A stretch of DNA of 60,276 bases, taken from positions 1 through 60,276 of the forward strand of contig CAZVUP010000006.1 in the NCBI GenBank assembly GCA_964630365.1, read 5' to 3'. Of the stretch, positions 10,698 through 20,149 are shown piece after piece. Position 1 is the stretch's first letter. Each line of letters begins with the position of its first letter. The DNA is from an uncultured Muribaculaceae bacterium (GTDB lineage Bacteria; Bacillota_I; Bacilli_A; RF39; UBA660). The notes beneath the pieces were generated by a model. It saw only the letters and a program-made list of their open reading frames with translations. It was not told where the DNA came from and ran no database searches. Position numbers and translations under genes: made by a program.

Positions 10698-11285
10698 CTA
10701 TTTTTGATTTATTTTTACTGATGCCGGTCTAATAACACGGTCTTTTAATTTATATCCTTTTAGTAGTACTTCTATTACTACTTCATCATCTAATTCTGCA
10801 ACACTATCAGTTAATAGTGCTTGTTCTTGTTTTGGATCAAAAACTTCTCCAACACGATTTATTTCTTCTACTCCAAACCTTTTTAAAGTATCCATTAAAT
10901 TAGCATATATCATTTTAATTCCAGTAATAAATTTTATAAATTCCTCGCTAGAATTATTATCTGCTTGTTTGATTGCTCGTTCAAAATTATCTACTATTGA
11001 AATTATTTCTAGTATTAATTCTTGATTAGCATATTTTAACATACTTTGAGTTTCTTCATCTTTACGACGACGATAATTAATTAATTCTGCTTGAGCCAAT
11101 TTTACTTTTTCAGTAAGATGTTTATTTTCTTCTTGAAGACGCATTATTTCTTCTTTTAATTTATCATCTTTTTTTAATTTCTTTTCCTTTTTTGGTTTGG
11201 TTTGATTCATTTCCAATACTTCAGGTGTTTCTTCATTTTCTGTCAAAACTTCTGTATGTTCTAAATTTTCATTTTTTTCTTCCAT
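10698..11285 (-). CDS. grpE: Nucleotide exchange factor GrpE
   Basis: AELINYRRR, DNFERA, FDP, KGYKLKDRVIRPASV. Confidence 0.97.
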   Translation of the reverse strand: MEEKNENLEHTEVLTENEETPEVLEMNQTKPKKEKKLKKDDKLKEEIMRLQEENKHLTEKVKLAQAELINYRRRKDEETQSMLKYANQELILEIISIVDNFERAIKQADNNSSEEFIKFITGIKMIYANLMDTLKRFGVEEINRVGEVFDPKQEQALLTDSVAELDDEVVIEVLLKGYKLKDRVIRPASVKINQK

Positions 11286-11290
11286 AATGC

Positions 11291-12280
11291 CTACCTTTCA
11301 ATGTTTTCCTTCATGTATTCTAAAAGACCAACTACTCGATCATATTCCATACGTTTTGGACCAATGATAGCAATTGTACCTTCTTCATTACCCTTTTTAT
11401 ATTTTGTTTTAATGACTGTTACATCACTATCAATATTGTTTTCATTACCAATATATACTTTGATGTTATTGTCATCGTCTTCTTCAATGTTTTTTAGAAT
11501 TTCTTCATTTTCTAACTTATTATAAACTGTTTTGATTTTTTCAATATTTGAGGAAAATTCTGGTTGCTCTAACATTTTATTACGTCCCATAACATTTACT
11601 TCTTGATTTGTAAAATCGGTAAACACATGATAGAAAGCGTTATATAATTGTTCATGTTGTTTTACATAATTTCCTATTATTGGTTTTATTTCGAACTCTA
11701 ATTTTTTGCTTACTTCATCAATTGGAGTTCCTGAGATTAAGTTATTGATTAAGCCAACCGTTTTCTTTACTTCATCTAGAGATACATCTTGTAGGCGAAT
11801 TATCTTATGTTCAACATGTCCTTTATCAGTTACAATAATTACTGTTAAATTTTCTTCATCAATCGGAATAACCTCAACTTGTTTAAGATTATTCTCATGA
11901 GATTTAGACCCTAGCACTACTGTAGTGTAGTTCATCATATCCGATATAACTTGCAATGATTTTGTTATTACATCAGATAGAGCTAGTTGTTGATTTTTAA
12001 AGACAATTTGTAATTTTAGCATATCTTCAGCATTCATCTTTTTAAGTTCCATTAAATTATCAACATAATAGCGATATCCTGCTTCTGATGGTACTCTACC
12101 AGATGAGGTATGAGTCTTTTCTAATAGTCCGAGTTTTTCAAGTTCTCCCATTTCATTTCTGACAGTAGCGCTTGAGCAATTGATAGCTTTCGAAATTACT
12201 TTAGAGCCCACTGGAATTGGTTCCTTGATATACCTTTCTACTATTAGTTTTAATATTTTATTTTGTCTATCAGTCAACAT
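11291..12280 (-). CDS. hrcA: Heat-inducible transcription repressor HrcA
   Basis: LTDRQ..IL..IV..YI, PVGSK, SSATVRNEM, HTSSGRVPS..GYRYYVD, IIGPKRMEY. Confidence 0.97.
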   Translation of the reverse strand: MLTDRQNKILKLIVERYIKEPIPVGSKVISKAINCSSATVRNEMGELEKLGLLEKTHTSSGRVPSEAGYRYYVDNLMELKKMNAEDMLKLQIVFKNQQLALSDVITKSLQVISDMMNYTTVVLGSKSHENNLKQVEVIPIDEENLTVIIVTDKGHVEHKIIRLQDVSLDEVKKTVGLINNLISGTPIDEVSKKLEFEIKPIIGNYVKQHEQLYNAFYHVFTDFTNQEVNVMGRNKMLEQPEFSSNIEKIKTVYNKLENEEILKNIEEDDDNNIKVYIGNENNIDSDVTVIKTKYKKGNEEGTIAIIGPKRMEYDRVVGLLEYMKENIER

Positions 12281-12292
12281 AACATTAACCTC

Positions 12293-12319
12293 CTAGCACT
12301 TTTTCTATCAAAGTGCTAA
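12293..12319. promoter_or_regulatory. CIRCE element 1 (HrcA operator)
   Basis: CTAGCACTT-N9-AAGTGCTAA versus consensus TTAGCACTC-N9-GAGTGCTAA, next to the hrcA SD. Confidence 0.9.
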
Positions 12320-12323
12320 ATAT

Positions 12324-12366
12324 AGTCTAACCCTTTTTTTAGCACTTGTCAATAGTAGAGTGCTAA
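12324..12366 (-). promoter_or_regulatory. Sigma-A promoter (TTGACA-17-TAGACT) overlapped by a second CIRCE-like repeat with a 10-nt spacer
   Basis: Minus strand TTAGCACTC-tactattgac-AAGTGCTAA (12339-12366); -35 at 12347-12352, -10 at 12324-12329. Confidence 0.8.
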
Positions 12367-12394
12367 AAAAAATAAAAGTAGTTTTAAACTACTT

Positions 12395-14014
12395 CTATTT
12401 ACTATAATCTATTGTTATCAAACGGAATTTTTGCTCCTGTTTATTATCATCCTTTGCCTTAACTATCAACCCTTCATTAGTTATCTCAATTGCTTGATTA
12501 GCATCAGATCCAGATTGCGGTACTATGCTATAAGTTCCATCACTATTATATTTAATCTTGAATAATTGAGTTTTATCTTGGCTAATTGCATTGTATTCTC
12601 TAGATTCAATTTCGGTAATATTATTTACTGTATTCTCTGTATTTGATGACATAGCATTAAATTTTGACATTTCAACTATTTTATATAAATCTGGAGTATT
12701 ACTAACTTTAGTTATTTCCCATATTTGATTTTTATTTCCTGTTAATAGCTGAGGCTTTATTTCATCATCAGCATATGTTAAAAATGTACTTTCACCAGAT
12801 ACTGATTGTATATAGTAGTTAGATTGTCTTGGTAGGCTTCCTCGAGATTGATAAGTTGAATATCTGAATTCACCACTACTACTTGGTGTTATATTATTAA
12901 ATACAATATTATCTTCTGATGTTGTTATGGTTACTTTATATTTGTTACCTTGTTCTAGTCCACTAATTGTTACCTCATCTATAGTTTTGGCTGTAAAAGT
13001 ATTGCTTAAGCATCCTCCAGCTAAACTATCATTATCAGAAGTAAAATTTTGGCCTCCATCTGATGTGGCATCTCCTATTGCGGATATTTTGACAGTATTT
13101 ATGGATGATGCAGTAAATGGTGTTTCTGTATTATTATTGCAAATTTCTATTTTGCTTGCAACTACTGTTTCATTTTTTATTTTATTTATATCATTACCTA
13201 TTTTTCTAATTGTGGCTTTACCTGCACCTGTATTCACTCCTGGTATTACTAAACCATCTACAAAGTAATACTTCTTATCAGGTCCTGAAGCATATTGATA
13301 TGTATTTCCCACTACACCTGTATTTTCATTATACCTATATGTTGGGTCATTTGGATTTCCCAGTCCTTTAATTATCGCCTGACTGCCTCCATAACCGGAT
13401 ATAAATGAAGATCCACCATCAGTAGCTGTTGCACCAGGAATATAACCATGTCCACCATCAACAACACCTTCTAATGAAGGTGGATTTAGTTTTAAAGTGT
13501 CACTTCTAACCAATCCCTTTCCGTCGGCATCAGCATTTTTTCCACCACCGCCTGCAACCATAATTCTTGTCTCATAAGAATTATGTCCATCATAGCCATC
13601 ATTGGAATTTAATCTGACATCGGTTTCATGCCCCCCTGAGGCCGTTGACTGTCCTATAAAAAAGAATAGACTTTGTCCTTCTTCTAGGTAGATAACACCT
13701 GATGTATATGATCCTTTTCCACCAGAACCATTAGCACCTGCCGCACCCCATAATTCTATCCTATATAGCCCTGCTTCTTGGGCGGTAAAAACCTGGCCTT
13801 CATCACCTGCTACTGGTACAAATGCACTAGATGACATACCTAAATTATTAAGTTCATCTTCAATCATTTCCGATAAAAGTTTTTGATTTTCTCTTGTTGA
13901 TGAAACAGTTTTCATCAACATTGCTACTATTAAAATTCCCATTATGACTAAGCCATATACCAGTGCCGATATTGCAAACCCTTTATTATTCATTTTTTTC
14001 AATATAATCACCAA
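12395..14014 (-). CDS. Prepilin-like N-terminus + ALK/LTK-type glycine-rich domain + C-terminal ricin-B-like lectin domain
   Basis: MNNKGFAISALVYGLVIMGILIV; GLYRIELWGAAG..GGKGSYTSG, TDVRL, RIMVAGGGG, GGSSFISGY; QxW-like repeats NQIWEI, TQLFKI, EQKFRL. Confidence 0.65.
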   Translation of the reverse strand: MVIILKKMNNKGFAISALVYGLVIMGILIVAMLMKTVSSTRENQKLLSEMIEDELNNLGMSSSAFVPVAGDEGQVFTAQEAGLYRIELWGAAGANGSGGKGSYTSGVIYLEEGQSLFFFIGQSTASGGHETDVRLNSNDGYDGHNSYETRIMVAGGGGKNADADGKGLVRSDTLKLNPPSLEGVVDGGHGYIPGATATDGGSSFISGYGGSQAIIKGLGNPNDPTYRYNENTGVVGNTYQYASGPDKKYYFVDGLVIPGVNTGAGKATIRKIGNDINKIKNETVVASKIEICNNNTETPFTASSINTVKISAIGDATSDGGQNFTSDNDSLAGGCLSNTFTAKTIDEVTISGLEQGNKYKVTITTSEDNIVFNNITPSSSGEFRYSTYQSRGSLPRQSNYYIQSVSGESTFLTYADDEIKPQLLTGNKNQIWEITKVSNTPDLYKIVEMSKFNAMSSNTENTVNNITEIESREYNAISQDKTQLFKIKYNSDGTYSIVPQSGSDANQAIEITNEGLIVKAKDDNKQEQKFRLITIDYSK

Positions 14015-14031
14015 CTATTCTACTTACCATT

Positions 14032-14589
14032 TTAACATAATTTTTCTAGTATTACTATCATTTTATCTCCATACTTTTTTATTTTTATATTTTTATAATT
14101 TTCTGGATAAATAATTTTATCTTCCTCATCACTTTCACAAACTATTATTCCATTATTATTTAGAAGATTATATTTATCAATCAAATTAATACTTTTTTCA
14201 ATATAATTTGTTTTATACGGTGGATCTATAAAGATAATATCAAACTTTAAATTTTCCTGATTAAAAATCTCTAAAGCCTTTATAAAATCATTTTTTATAA
14301 CCTTAGCATCTTTTATATTTAGTTTTTCAATATTGTTATTTATTATTTTTATTGCTTGAGGATTAGAATCAACTAAATAAGCTTTAATAGCCCCCTCACT
14401 CAAAGCTTCTATTGCTAGAGCACCACTACCAGCAAACAAATCAAGAACTATACTATTTGGTAAATAATTTTGAATCATGCCAAATAAACTTTCTTTTACC
14501 CTATCCATTGTCGGTCTTGTTCCATTAATATTAAAACCTTCTAAATTTCTGCCTTTGTATTTACCACTTATTACTTTCATATTTGACAC
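14032..14589 (-). CDS. rsmD: 16S rRNA (guanine966-N2)-methyltransferase
   Basis: MKVISGKYKGR, TRPT.DRVKESLF, LDLFAGSG..AIEALS.GA, DIIFIDPPY. Confidence 0.95.
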   Translation of the reverse strand: MSNMKVISGKYKGRNLEGFNINGTRPTMDRVKESLFGMIQNYLPNSIVLDLFAGSGALAIEALSEGAIKAYLVDSNPQAIKIINNNIEKLNIKDAKVIKNDFIKALEIFNQENLKFDIIFIDPPYKTNYIEKSINLIDKYNLLNNNGIIVCESDEEDKIIYPENYKNIKIKKYGDKMIVILEKLC

Positions 14590-14861
14590 TGCCCTTTTTT
14601 ACTAATTTGTTTTAATTTCTGATTTATTTCTAATATTAAAAGATTTATATCTGTTTCTGCTTTTTTATATTCTTTAAAAAGATTATTATTTATAATTTCT
14701 TCTTTTAAACTTTCTTTTCTAGTAAGATGATATTCTTTAATTTTTTTAATTAAATCTGGATTATCTTTTAACTTTTTATTTAGTTCATTAATCCTTATTA
14801 TTCTGATATCTTTATCTAATTCTAATTTTAATTTTTCTACTTTTTCTATTAACTCTTTCAT
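14577..14861 (-). CDS. YlbF-like small helical protein
   Basis: FKEYKKAETDINLLILEIN pattern; position in the ylbD-ylbE-ylbF-rsmD(ylbH) synteny. Confidence 0.55.
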   Translation of the reverse strand: MKELIEKVEKLKLELDKDIRIIRINELNKKLKDNPDLIKKIKEYHLTRKESLKEEIINNNLFKEYKKAETDINLLILEINQKLKQISKKGQCQI

Positions 14862-14883
14862 AATTTATATTTTAACATATATT

Positions 14884-15114
14884 TTATTTCATTACATCAA
14901 TAAAAGTAGTTATAAGTTCAATATTATTTTTAAGTTTTTCTAATTTATCTGTAGTTCGTAATTTGTACTTCTCTTTAGCTAAGTTCTCTATAGTTTTAAA
15001 ATAGTTTAAATCGCGATATAAATATTTATAATGAGAAGAATCATCACGTAAATAATTATAGATAAGTGGGTTGTTTTTTATGAATATACTTATCTTATCA
15101 TTTTTAATCATCAA
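14884..15114 (-). CDS. YlbE-like protein
   Basis: YLR..S..YK.L.R, A.E.YK....DKLEK pattern and synteny. Confidence 0.7.
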   Translation of the reverse strand: MMIKNDKISIFIKNNPLIYNYLRDDSSHYKYLYRDLNYFKTIENLAKEKYKLRTTDKLEKLKNNIELITTFIDVMK

Positions 15115-15454
15115 ATCTCCTATAAATTTGTCTTGGTTTGTATGGATCTTGTTTAGAACCTAGATTAAGTTCTTGTAACAAACCTATTGTTTTTTGAAGA
15201 TTATTTATACTTTTTTGTACTGAATCCATATCTAAATTTTTAAATGTATTAAAGACTTCTTTAAAACTGTTTACACTTGATGCTATATCATCAGGAATTG
15301 AATTTTTAAAAAATAGATTTTTCCAAATTGGATTTTTTTCTCCATATATTTCAAATATTTCATATAATTGTTGCCAAGTTGTATTTCCTTTTAAAACATT
15401 TTCTGCTAATTCTGGATGGTCACTTGCAAAAAGTTTAAATCTTTCTTTCGACAT
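15104..15454 (-). CDS. YlbD-like (spore coat protein family)
   Basis: FK.F...HP.L...V..G..TWQQLYE.F.IYGE....W, LDMDSVQ..I motif. Confidence 0.8.
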   Translation of the reverse strand: MSKERFKLFASDHPELAENVLKGNTTWQQLYEIFEIYGEKNPIWKNLFFKNSIPDDIASSVNSFKEVFNTFKNLDMDSVQKSINNLQKTIGLLQELNLGSKQDPYKPRQIYRRFDD

Positions 15455-15512
15455 ATTATCACCAATATATTTTATGTTTTTAATAAAAAAAAAGACATAA
15501 TTGTCTTATTAT

Positions 15513-15845
15513 CTATTTTAATGATGATATTGCATCCATTAAATCTCTAGAAATTGTATATATGTCCTTTTCTAATTTTTCATAATTATTATCGGATGAG
15601 GCAACATACGCTTGAATATTATCAAAAAAATATGTATACTCTTTTGATATAGCCTTTATTTTACTATCCATGCCATCAATAAATTCTTTTATTTCAGGTA
15701 ATGATTGGTGATTCGTAGTTGCTAGTATTTCATAAGCAGCTAATAACTTAGCAAGAATATCTTGATATTGTTTCAATAACAAAACTGAAGTATCTTTAAT
15801 TGTTTTTGATTTATTAGAAATTGTATTAATATCCATATTTATCAC
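15513..15845 (-). CDS. Small helical protein, WXG100-like size and pattern
   Basis: 110 aa amphipathic helices; INMDINTI N-terminus and YEKLE near the C-terminus; no WxG. Confidence 0.4.
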   Translation of the reverse strand: MINMDINTISNKSKTIKDTSVLLLKQYQDILAKLLAAYEILATTNHQSLPEIKEFIDGMDSKIKAISKEYTYFFDNIQAYVASSDNNYEKLEKDIYTISRDLMDAISSLK

Positions 15846-15846
15846 C

Positions 15847-16116
15847 TTAATCTATATTTATTGCTTCTGTTTCTTCTATTATATATTTCATTTTATCAAT
15901 CATTAAAGCAGTTGAATCTTGAAGTTGCTGAGCATTTATATTGGCAATATGTATCCTTTCAGTAAGATCACTAGCAATTTGTATATCTTGCGTTGATTCT
16001 TGAAAATTTTTTCTTAACTCTTCTAGTTTGTTGAGCTCACTACTATTTAGTATTTCGGATATTTCCATAATTATTTTTTCTAATTGTTCTTTTGCAACTG
16101 GTTCTAATTTCATCAT
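15847..16116 (-). CDS. Small helical hypothetical protein
   Basis: 89 aa, heptad pattern, 1 nt from the next gene. Confidence 0.6.
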   Translation of the reverse strand: MMKLEPVAKEQLEKIIMEISEILNSSELNKLEELRKNFQESTQDIQIASDLTERIHIANINAQQLQDSTALMIDKMKYIIEETEAINID

Positions 16117-16183
16117 ATATTTAATTCACCTTATTTCATATATAATTATACTTTATTTAGTTTTTTCTTACAACAAAAAATAA

Positions 16184-16206
16184 AAAATCTGAACTAGTCA
16201 GATTTT
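16184..16206 (-). terminator. Intrinsic terminator
   Basis: AAAATCTGA actag TCAGATTTT with a minus-strand U-run. Confidence 0.7.
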
Positions 16207-16215
16207 CTTTAAATA

Positions 16216-16557
16216 CTATAGTGCTTCAACTGAAGCTTTAATGGAAGCAATATTTTTAGTTAAATCTTCTAAATTATTTACTAGACTTAATGCATACTTC
16301 AAAATAGCATCAGACATATCACCGTAAATATTAGCTGATTTAGTCTTATAACTTTCTATTGAACTTTTTAAATTATTAACTTGAGTTACAAGATTTGGAT
16401 CATAATCTTTCATCATTGTTGATATTTCGCCTAAATGACTACTTATTGTATCTAACATTGCTCCAAGCTTTTGAACTTGCTCATTAATCCTTGCTGATTG
16501 TCTTTTTAATTCTTCAGGTATAGTTGATGCTACATTAGTTGATGGCATTATTATCAC
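16216..16557 (-). CDS. Small helical protein, WXG100-like size and pattern
   Basis: About 110 aa; IPEELKRQSARI N-terminus; helix-turn (DYDP)-helix. Confidence 0.45.
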   Translation of the reverse strand: MIIMPSTNVASTIPEELKRQSARINEQVQKLGAMLDTISSHLGEISTMMKDYDPNLVTQVNNLKSSIESYKTKSANIYGDMSDAILKYALSLVNNLEDLTKNIASIKASVEAL

Positions 16558-16655
16558 TCCTTCTTATTATTCTATAATTGTAGATGGCATATTCATATTC
16601 TCATCTATCTTGTATTAATAGTACCATAGATTAACTGGTTATTCAATAGTTATTT

Positions 16656-19214
16656 TCACTTTAAGAAATCATCAATTGTCATTAACCTATCATCTATTTC
16701 TTGAAGAGAAACTTTCTCTTTTTTGGACTGTTTCTTTTCAATTGGCTCTTTTATTTCTTCAGTTACTTCTATTTTTTCTTGGGAAGATTGTATCTTTTTT
16801 AATTGAGCAATAACAAAAGCATCAATCAACTCATGTTTAATTATTTGACTACCTGTTGAATAGCGGTCGGCTATTGGTAATTCTGTTAATTTAATTTGAA
16901 CAATTTCAGAATTCTTCAAACCAATGTGATTTTTAGAGTCTTCTATAAATGTCTTTAATACCTGATATGGATTAGTTTTAACTTCACGTAACACTTGAAT
17001 TCCACGTCTTGTTCTTGTTGATAATTCAAATTCTTGAAGTCGAACTCTTTTTCCCGTACCACGGGTAGTTATTATTGTGATAAACTCACTGTTATTATAT
17101 GAAAAAATATTGGCAGATACTAAGTAATCATCCTTTAATTTCATAGCTTTAACGCCTGATGCTTTAACACCAACTAATGGTATTTCTTCAGTTTTAAAGC
17201 TTAACCCATAACCAGTGTTAGTTGTTAAGAAAATAGTGTCATACTCTTCAACAATAGCACTTATTACTTCATCATTATCTTTTAGTTTCATACAACTAGT
17301 AGCTTTATTATACCTTTGAAGTTTAAATTCTTTTAATTTCGAGCGTTTAATCATACCATTCTTAGTTGTTATAATTATGTTCTTATCACTTTCAAAGTCA
17401 TAGGCAGGTATTGCACCAATGATGCTCTCTTCGCCAGGAACCTCAATTATATTACTTACATGTTTTGGCATATCTTTCCATTTTAAATCTGGAATTATAT
17501 GAACAGGTATATGTAAGTAATTACCACCTGATGTAAAGATAAGAATTGTATCAGTAGTATTCATCTCATATAAGCCCATAATATAATCATTTTCTTTTAA
17601 GACGATATCTTCTGGATTAGAAGATGTATAACTCCTAAATGATGTTCTCTTAATATAACCGTCTTTAGTAACTGCGACTACGACGTCTTCTTTTGGAATC
17701 ATGGCTGCTTCATCTATCTTAATTTCTGTTATTTCATCCTTTATATCAGTAAGGCGTGGTTGCCCATATTCATCTCTTACAGCACGTAAATCTTTTTTCA
17801 TTACTGATTTTAATACTTCTTCACTACCTAGAATTGCAGTTAATCCATTAATTATTTTCTCTAGTGCAGCTTTTTCATTTTCTAGAGCTACGACGTCAGT
17901 ATTAGTTAATCTATATAGTTGTAATGTAACAATAGCTTCGGCTTGAGCCTCAGTAAACTCAAATTCTTTTACTAAGTTGTCTTTGGCATCACTTTTATTT
18001 TTACTGGCTCTAATTACTTTGATTACTTCGTCAAGAATTGAAATACATTTAATTAGACCTTCAACGATATGGAATCGCGCTTTAGCGTGAGCTAAATCAA
18101 ATTCAGTACGTCTTCTAACTACTTCTTTTTGATGAGCAATAAAAGCATCTAATGCTTCTTTTAAGCCTAATAGTTTAGGTCTTCTATTAACAATTGATAC
18201 AACATTAAAATTGTAGTTAATTTGCATATCAGTATTTTTTAAGAAATAATTAATGATTAAATCTGTATTGGCATTCTTCTTTAATTCAATGACAATTCTA
18301 ACATCAGCAGCAGATTCATCTCGTACTTCAATGATACCTTCTACTTTTTTATCAATTCGAATGTCATCCATCTTTTTAACCATTTGAGCTTTGTTAACTT
18401 CAAATGGGATTTCTGTTATAACTATTCTTTTAACATTCTTGTCATCTTCAATAGTATAGCGACTTTTAACAACAATTCTTCCACGACCTGTTTCATAAGC
18501 TTCTTTTATTCCATCAAGACCTTCTACTATTCCGCCTGTTGGAAAGTCTGGTCCTTTAACATATTTCATTAAAGTTTCAAGTTCACAGTTTGGATAATCA
18601 ATTCTATGAATTGTTGCATCAATAACTTCTCCTAAATTATGTGGAGGTATATTAGTAGCATAACCAGCAGCAATACCTTGGGTACCATAAACTAATAATG
18701 CTGGAAAACGAGCAGGTAAAACAGTTGGTTCTACTGTAGTATCATCAAAGTTAGGAGCAAACTCTACAGTATTCTTATCAATATCACGAAGCATTTCATT
18801 AGAAATCTTTGAAAGACGGGCTTCAGTATAACGATAAGCTGCTGGAGAGTCACCATCAATTGATCCATTATTACCATGCATATCGATGTATGGAAGACGT
18901 GTTTTCCATGGTTGACTCATTCTAACCATAGCATCATAAATTGAAGTATCACCATGAGGATGGTAATTACCTATTACGTCTCCAACAGTCTTAGCACTTT
19001 TCCTATATCCTTTATCATATGTATTTTTTTCTTTATGCATAGAATAAAGAATTCTTCTTTGAACAGGTTTTAATCCATCTCTAGCATCGGGAATAGCACG
19101 ATCTTGGATAATATATTTTGAGTAACTTCCAAAACGTTCTCCCATAATATCTTCTAGAGTATAATCAAAAATCTTCTCTATTATTTCTTCTGTCTCTGTT
19201 TTTTTCTTTGGCAT
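16656..19214 (-). CDS. parC: DNA topoisomerase IV subunit A
   Basis: YSKYIIQDRAIPDARDGLKPVQRR, YHPHGD, AAYRYTEARL, LQLYRLTNTD (Firmicute ParC). Confidence 0.96.
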   Translation of the reverse strand: MPKKKTETEEIIEKIFDYTLEDIMGERFGSYSKYIIQDRAIPDARDGLKPVQRRILYSMHKEKNTYDKGYRKSAKTVGDVIGNYHPHGDTSIYDAMVRMSQPWKTRLPYIDMHGNNGSIDGDSPAAYRYTEARLSKISNEMLRDIDKNTVEFAPNFDDTTVEPTVLPARFPALLVYGTQGIAAGYATNIPPHNLGEVIDATIHRIDYPNCELETLMKYVKGPDFPTGGIVEGLDGIKEAYETGRGRIVVKSRYTIEDDKNVKRIVITEIPFEVNKAQMVKKMDDIRIDKKVEGIIEVRDESAADVRIVIELKKNANTDLIINYFLKNTDMQINYNFNVVSIVNRRPKLLGLKEALDAFIAHQKEVVRRRTEFDLAHAKARFHIVEGLIKCISILDEVIKVIRASKNKSDAKDNLVKEFEFTEAQAEAIVTLQLYRLTNTDVVALENEKAALEKIINGLTAILGSEEVLKSVMKKDLRAVRDEYGQPRLTDIKDEITEIKIDEAAMIPKEDVVVAVTKDGYIKRTSFRSYTSSNPEDIVLKENDYIMGLYEMNTTDTILIFTSGGNYLHIPVHIIPDLKWKDMPKHVSNIIEVPGEESIIGAIPAYDFESDKNIIITTKNGMIKRSKLKEFKLQRYNKATSCMKLKDNDEVISAIVEEYDTIFLTTNTGYGLSFKTEEIPLVGVKASGVKAMKLKDDYLVSANIFSYNNSEFITIITTRGTGKRVRLQEFELSTRTRRGIQVLREVKTNPYQVLKTFIEDSKNHIGLKNSEIVQIKLTELPIADRYSTGSQIIKHELIDAFVIAQLKKIQSSQEKIEVTEEIKEPIEKKQSKKEKVSLQEIDDRLMTIDDFLK

Positions 19215-19231
19215 TCTACCACTACTTTCTA

Positions 19232-20062
19232 TTAGTTATCATATCTATCAATTAATTTATTTTTACTAGAAATAACCTTTTTTCCTAGTTTTTCTTCTAA
19301 ATCTTTTCTTGTGTTATTAGCAATACTTCCACCAACTTCAGAAATTAACTTATTTTGTTCTAATCCTAGTTGATGATGTGCATTAGTTAGCTCACGTGTT
19401 GCTACTTCACCTATATTAGTTAGAAGTATTTCTAAATCAGACATATTGTCTCTTAATGATTCCTTTCTGATACCTTTAAGTTGTTTATATTCACTAGCTG
19501 TCATACCAGACCAGGTCTTATATATTTCATTAGTTAATATTGCATACTCGCTAGCTTCTTCTATCCCATGAGATTTCCATGTGTTAGTAAGCTGTTTTCT
19601 ATCAATTATTGCATCAATTCTATCTTTAATCCATGATAAGCTATATCCTTTATTTAGATAATAATCAATCATTTTATCAATACCAACAGATGGATCAAAA
19701 GTACTATCTATTTCCCTTTTACCTAACCTAGCTAACCACATCTTAAAAGGCTCTGCTTTAATAGATGGAACAGATTCAATTAATCTTAAAATTCCTTCTG
19801 TGTCTAAAGTATCTGTCAAATATTTTTTTCCATCTTTTTTTGACTTTATCTTTAGTTGCACGATTTTTTCGTGCAACTCACTACCTTCTTCTATAAGTTT
19901 TCTCTTTAAATCACTCCAATAGTTTCTTGGTGTTTTAGCATTTGTCAATGCTGCAATAACATCAACTACACTGAAATAGTAATCTTCTTTTTCACTATCC
20001 CAGATACTTCTAATTTCTTTTTCTTCAAATAAATTTGAAATCAATTCTTGCTTATTTTTCAT
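19232..20062 (-). CDS. Bro-N domain (antirepressor-like) DNA-binding protein
   Basis: IRSIWD...YYFSVVDVI..LT....RNYWSDLKRKL, RLIESVPS.KAEPFKMWLA, SLRDNM. Confidence 0.85.
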   Translation of the reverse strand: MKNKQELISNLFEEKEIRSIWDSEKEDYYFSVVDVIAALTNAKTPRNYWSDLKRKLIEEGSELHEKIVQLKIKSKKDGKKYLTDTLDTEGILRLIESVPSIKAEPFKMWLARLGKREIDSTFDPSVGIDKMIDYYLNKGYSLSWIKDRIDAIIDRKQLTNTWKSHGIEEASEYAILTNEIYKTWSGMTASEYKQLKGIRKESLRDNMSDLEILLTNIGEVATRELTNAHHQLGLEQNKLISEVGGSIANNTRKDLEEKLGKKVISSKNKLIDRYDN

Positions 20063-20149
20063 AATATTCCCCCTTATAATATAGATTTCATTTTCAAAAT
20101 ATTATACATATTTTCGATTGTCAACATCTCTATATTAGGGGGATATTTG

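Noticed and set aside
19232-20062. Bro-N gene as a prophage marker
   Set aside because: No integrase, structural or replication phage genes nearby; it is a solitary insertion.
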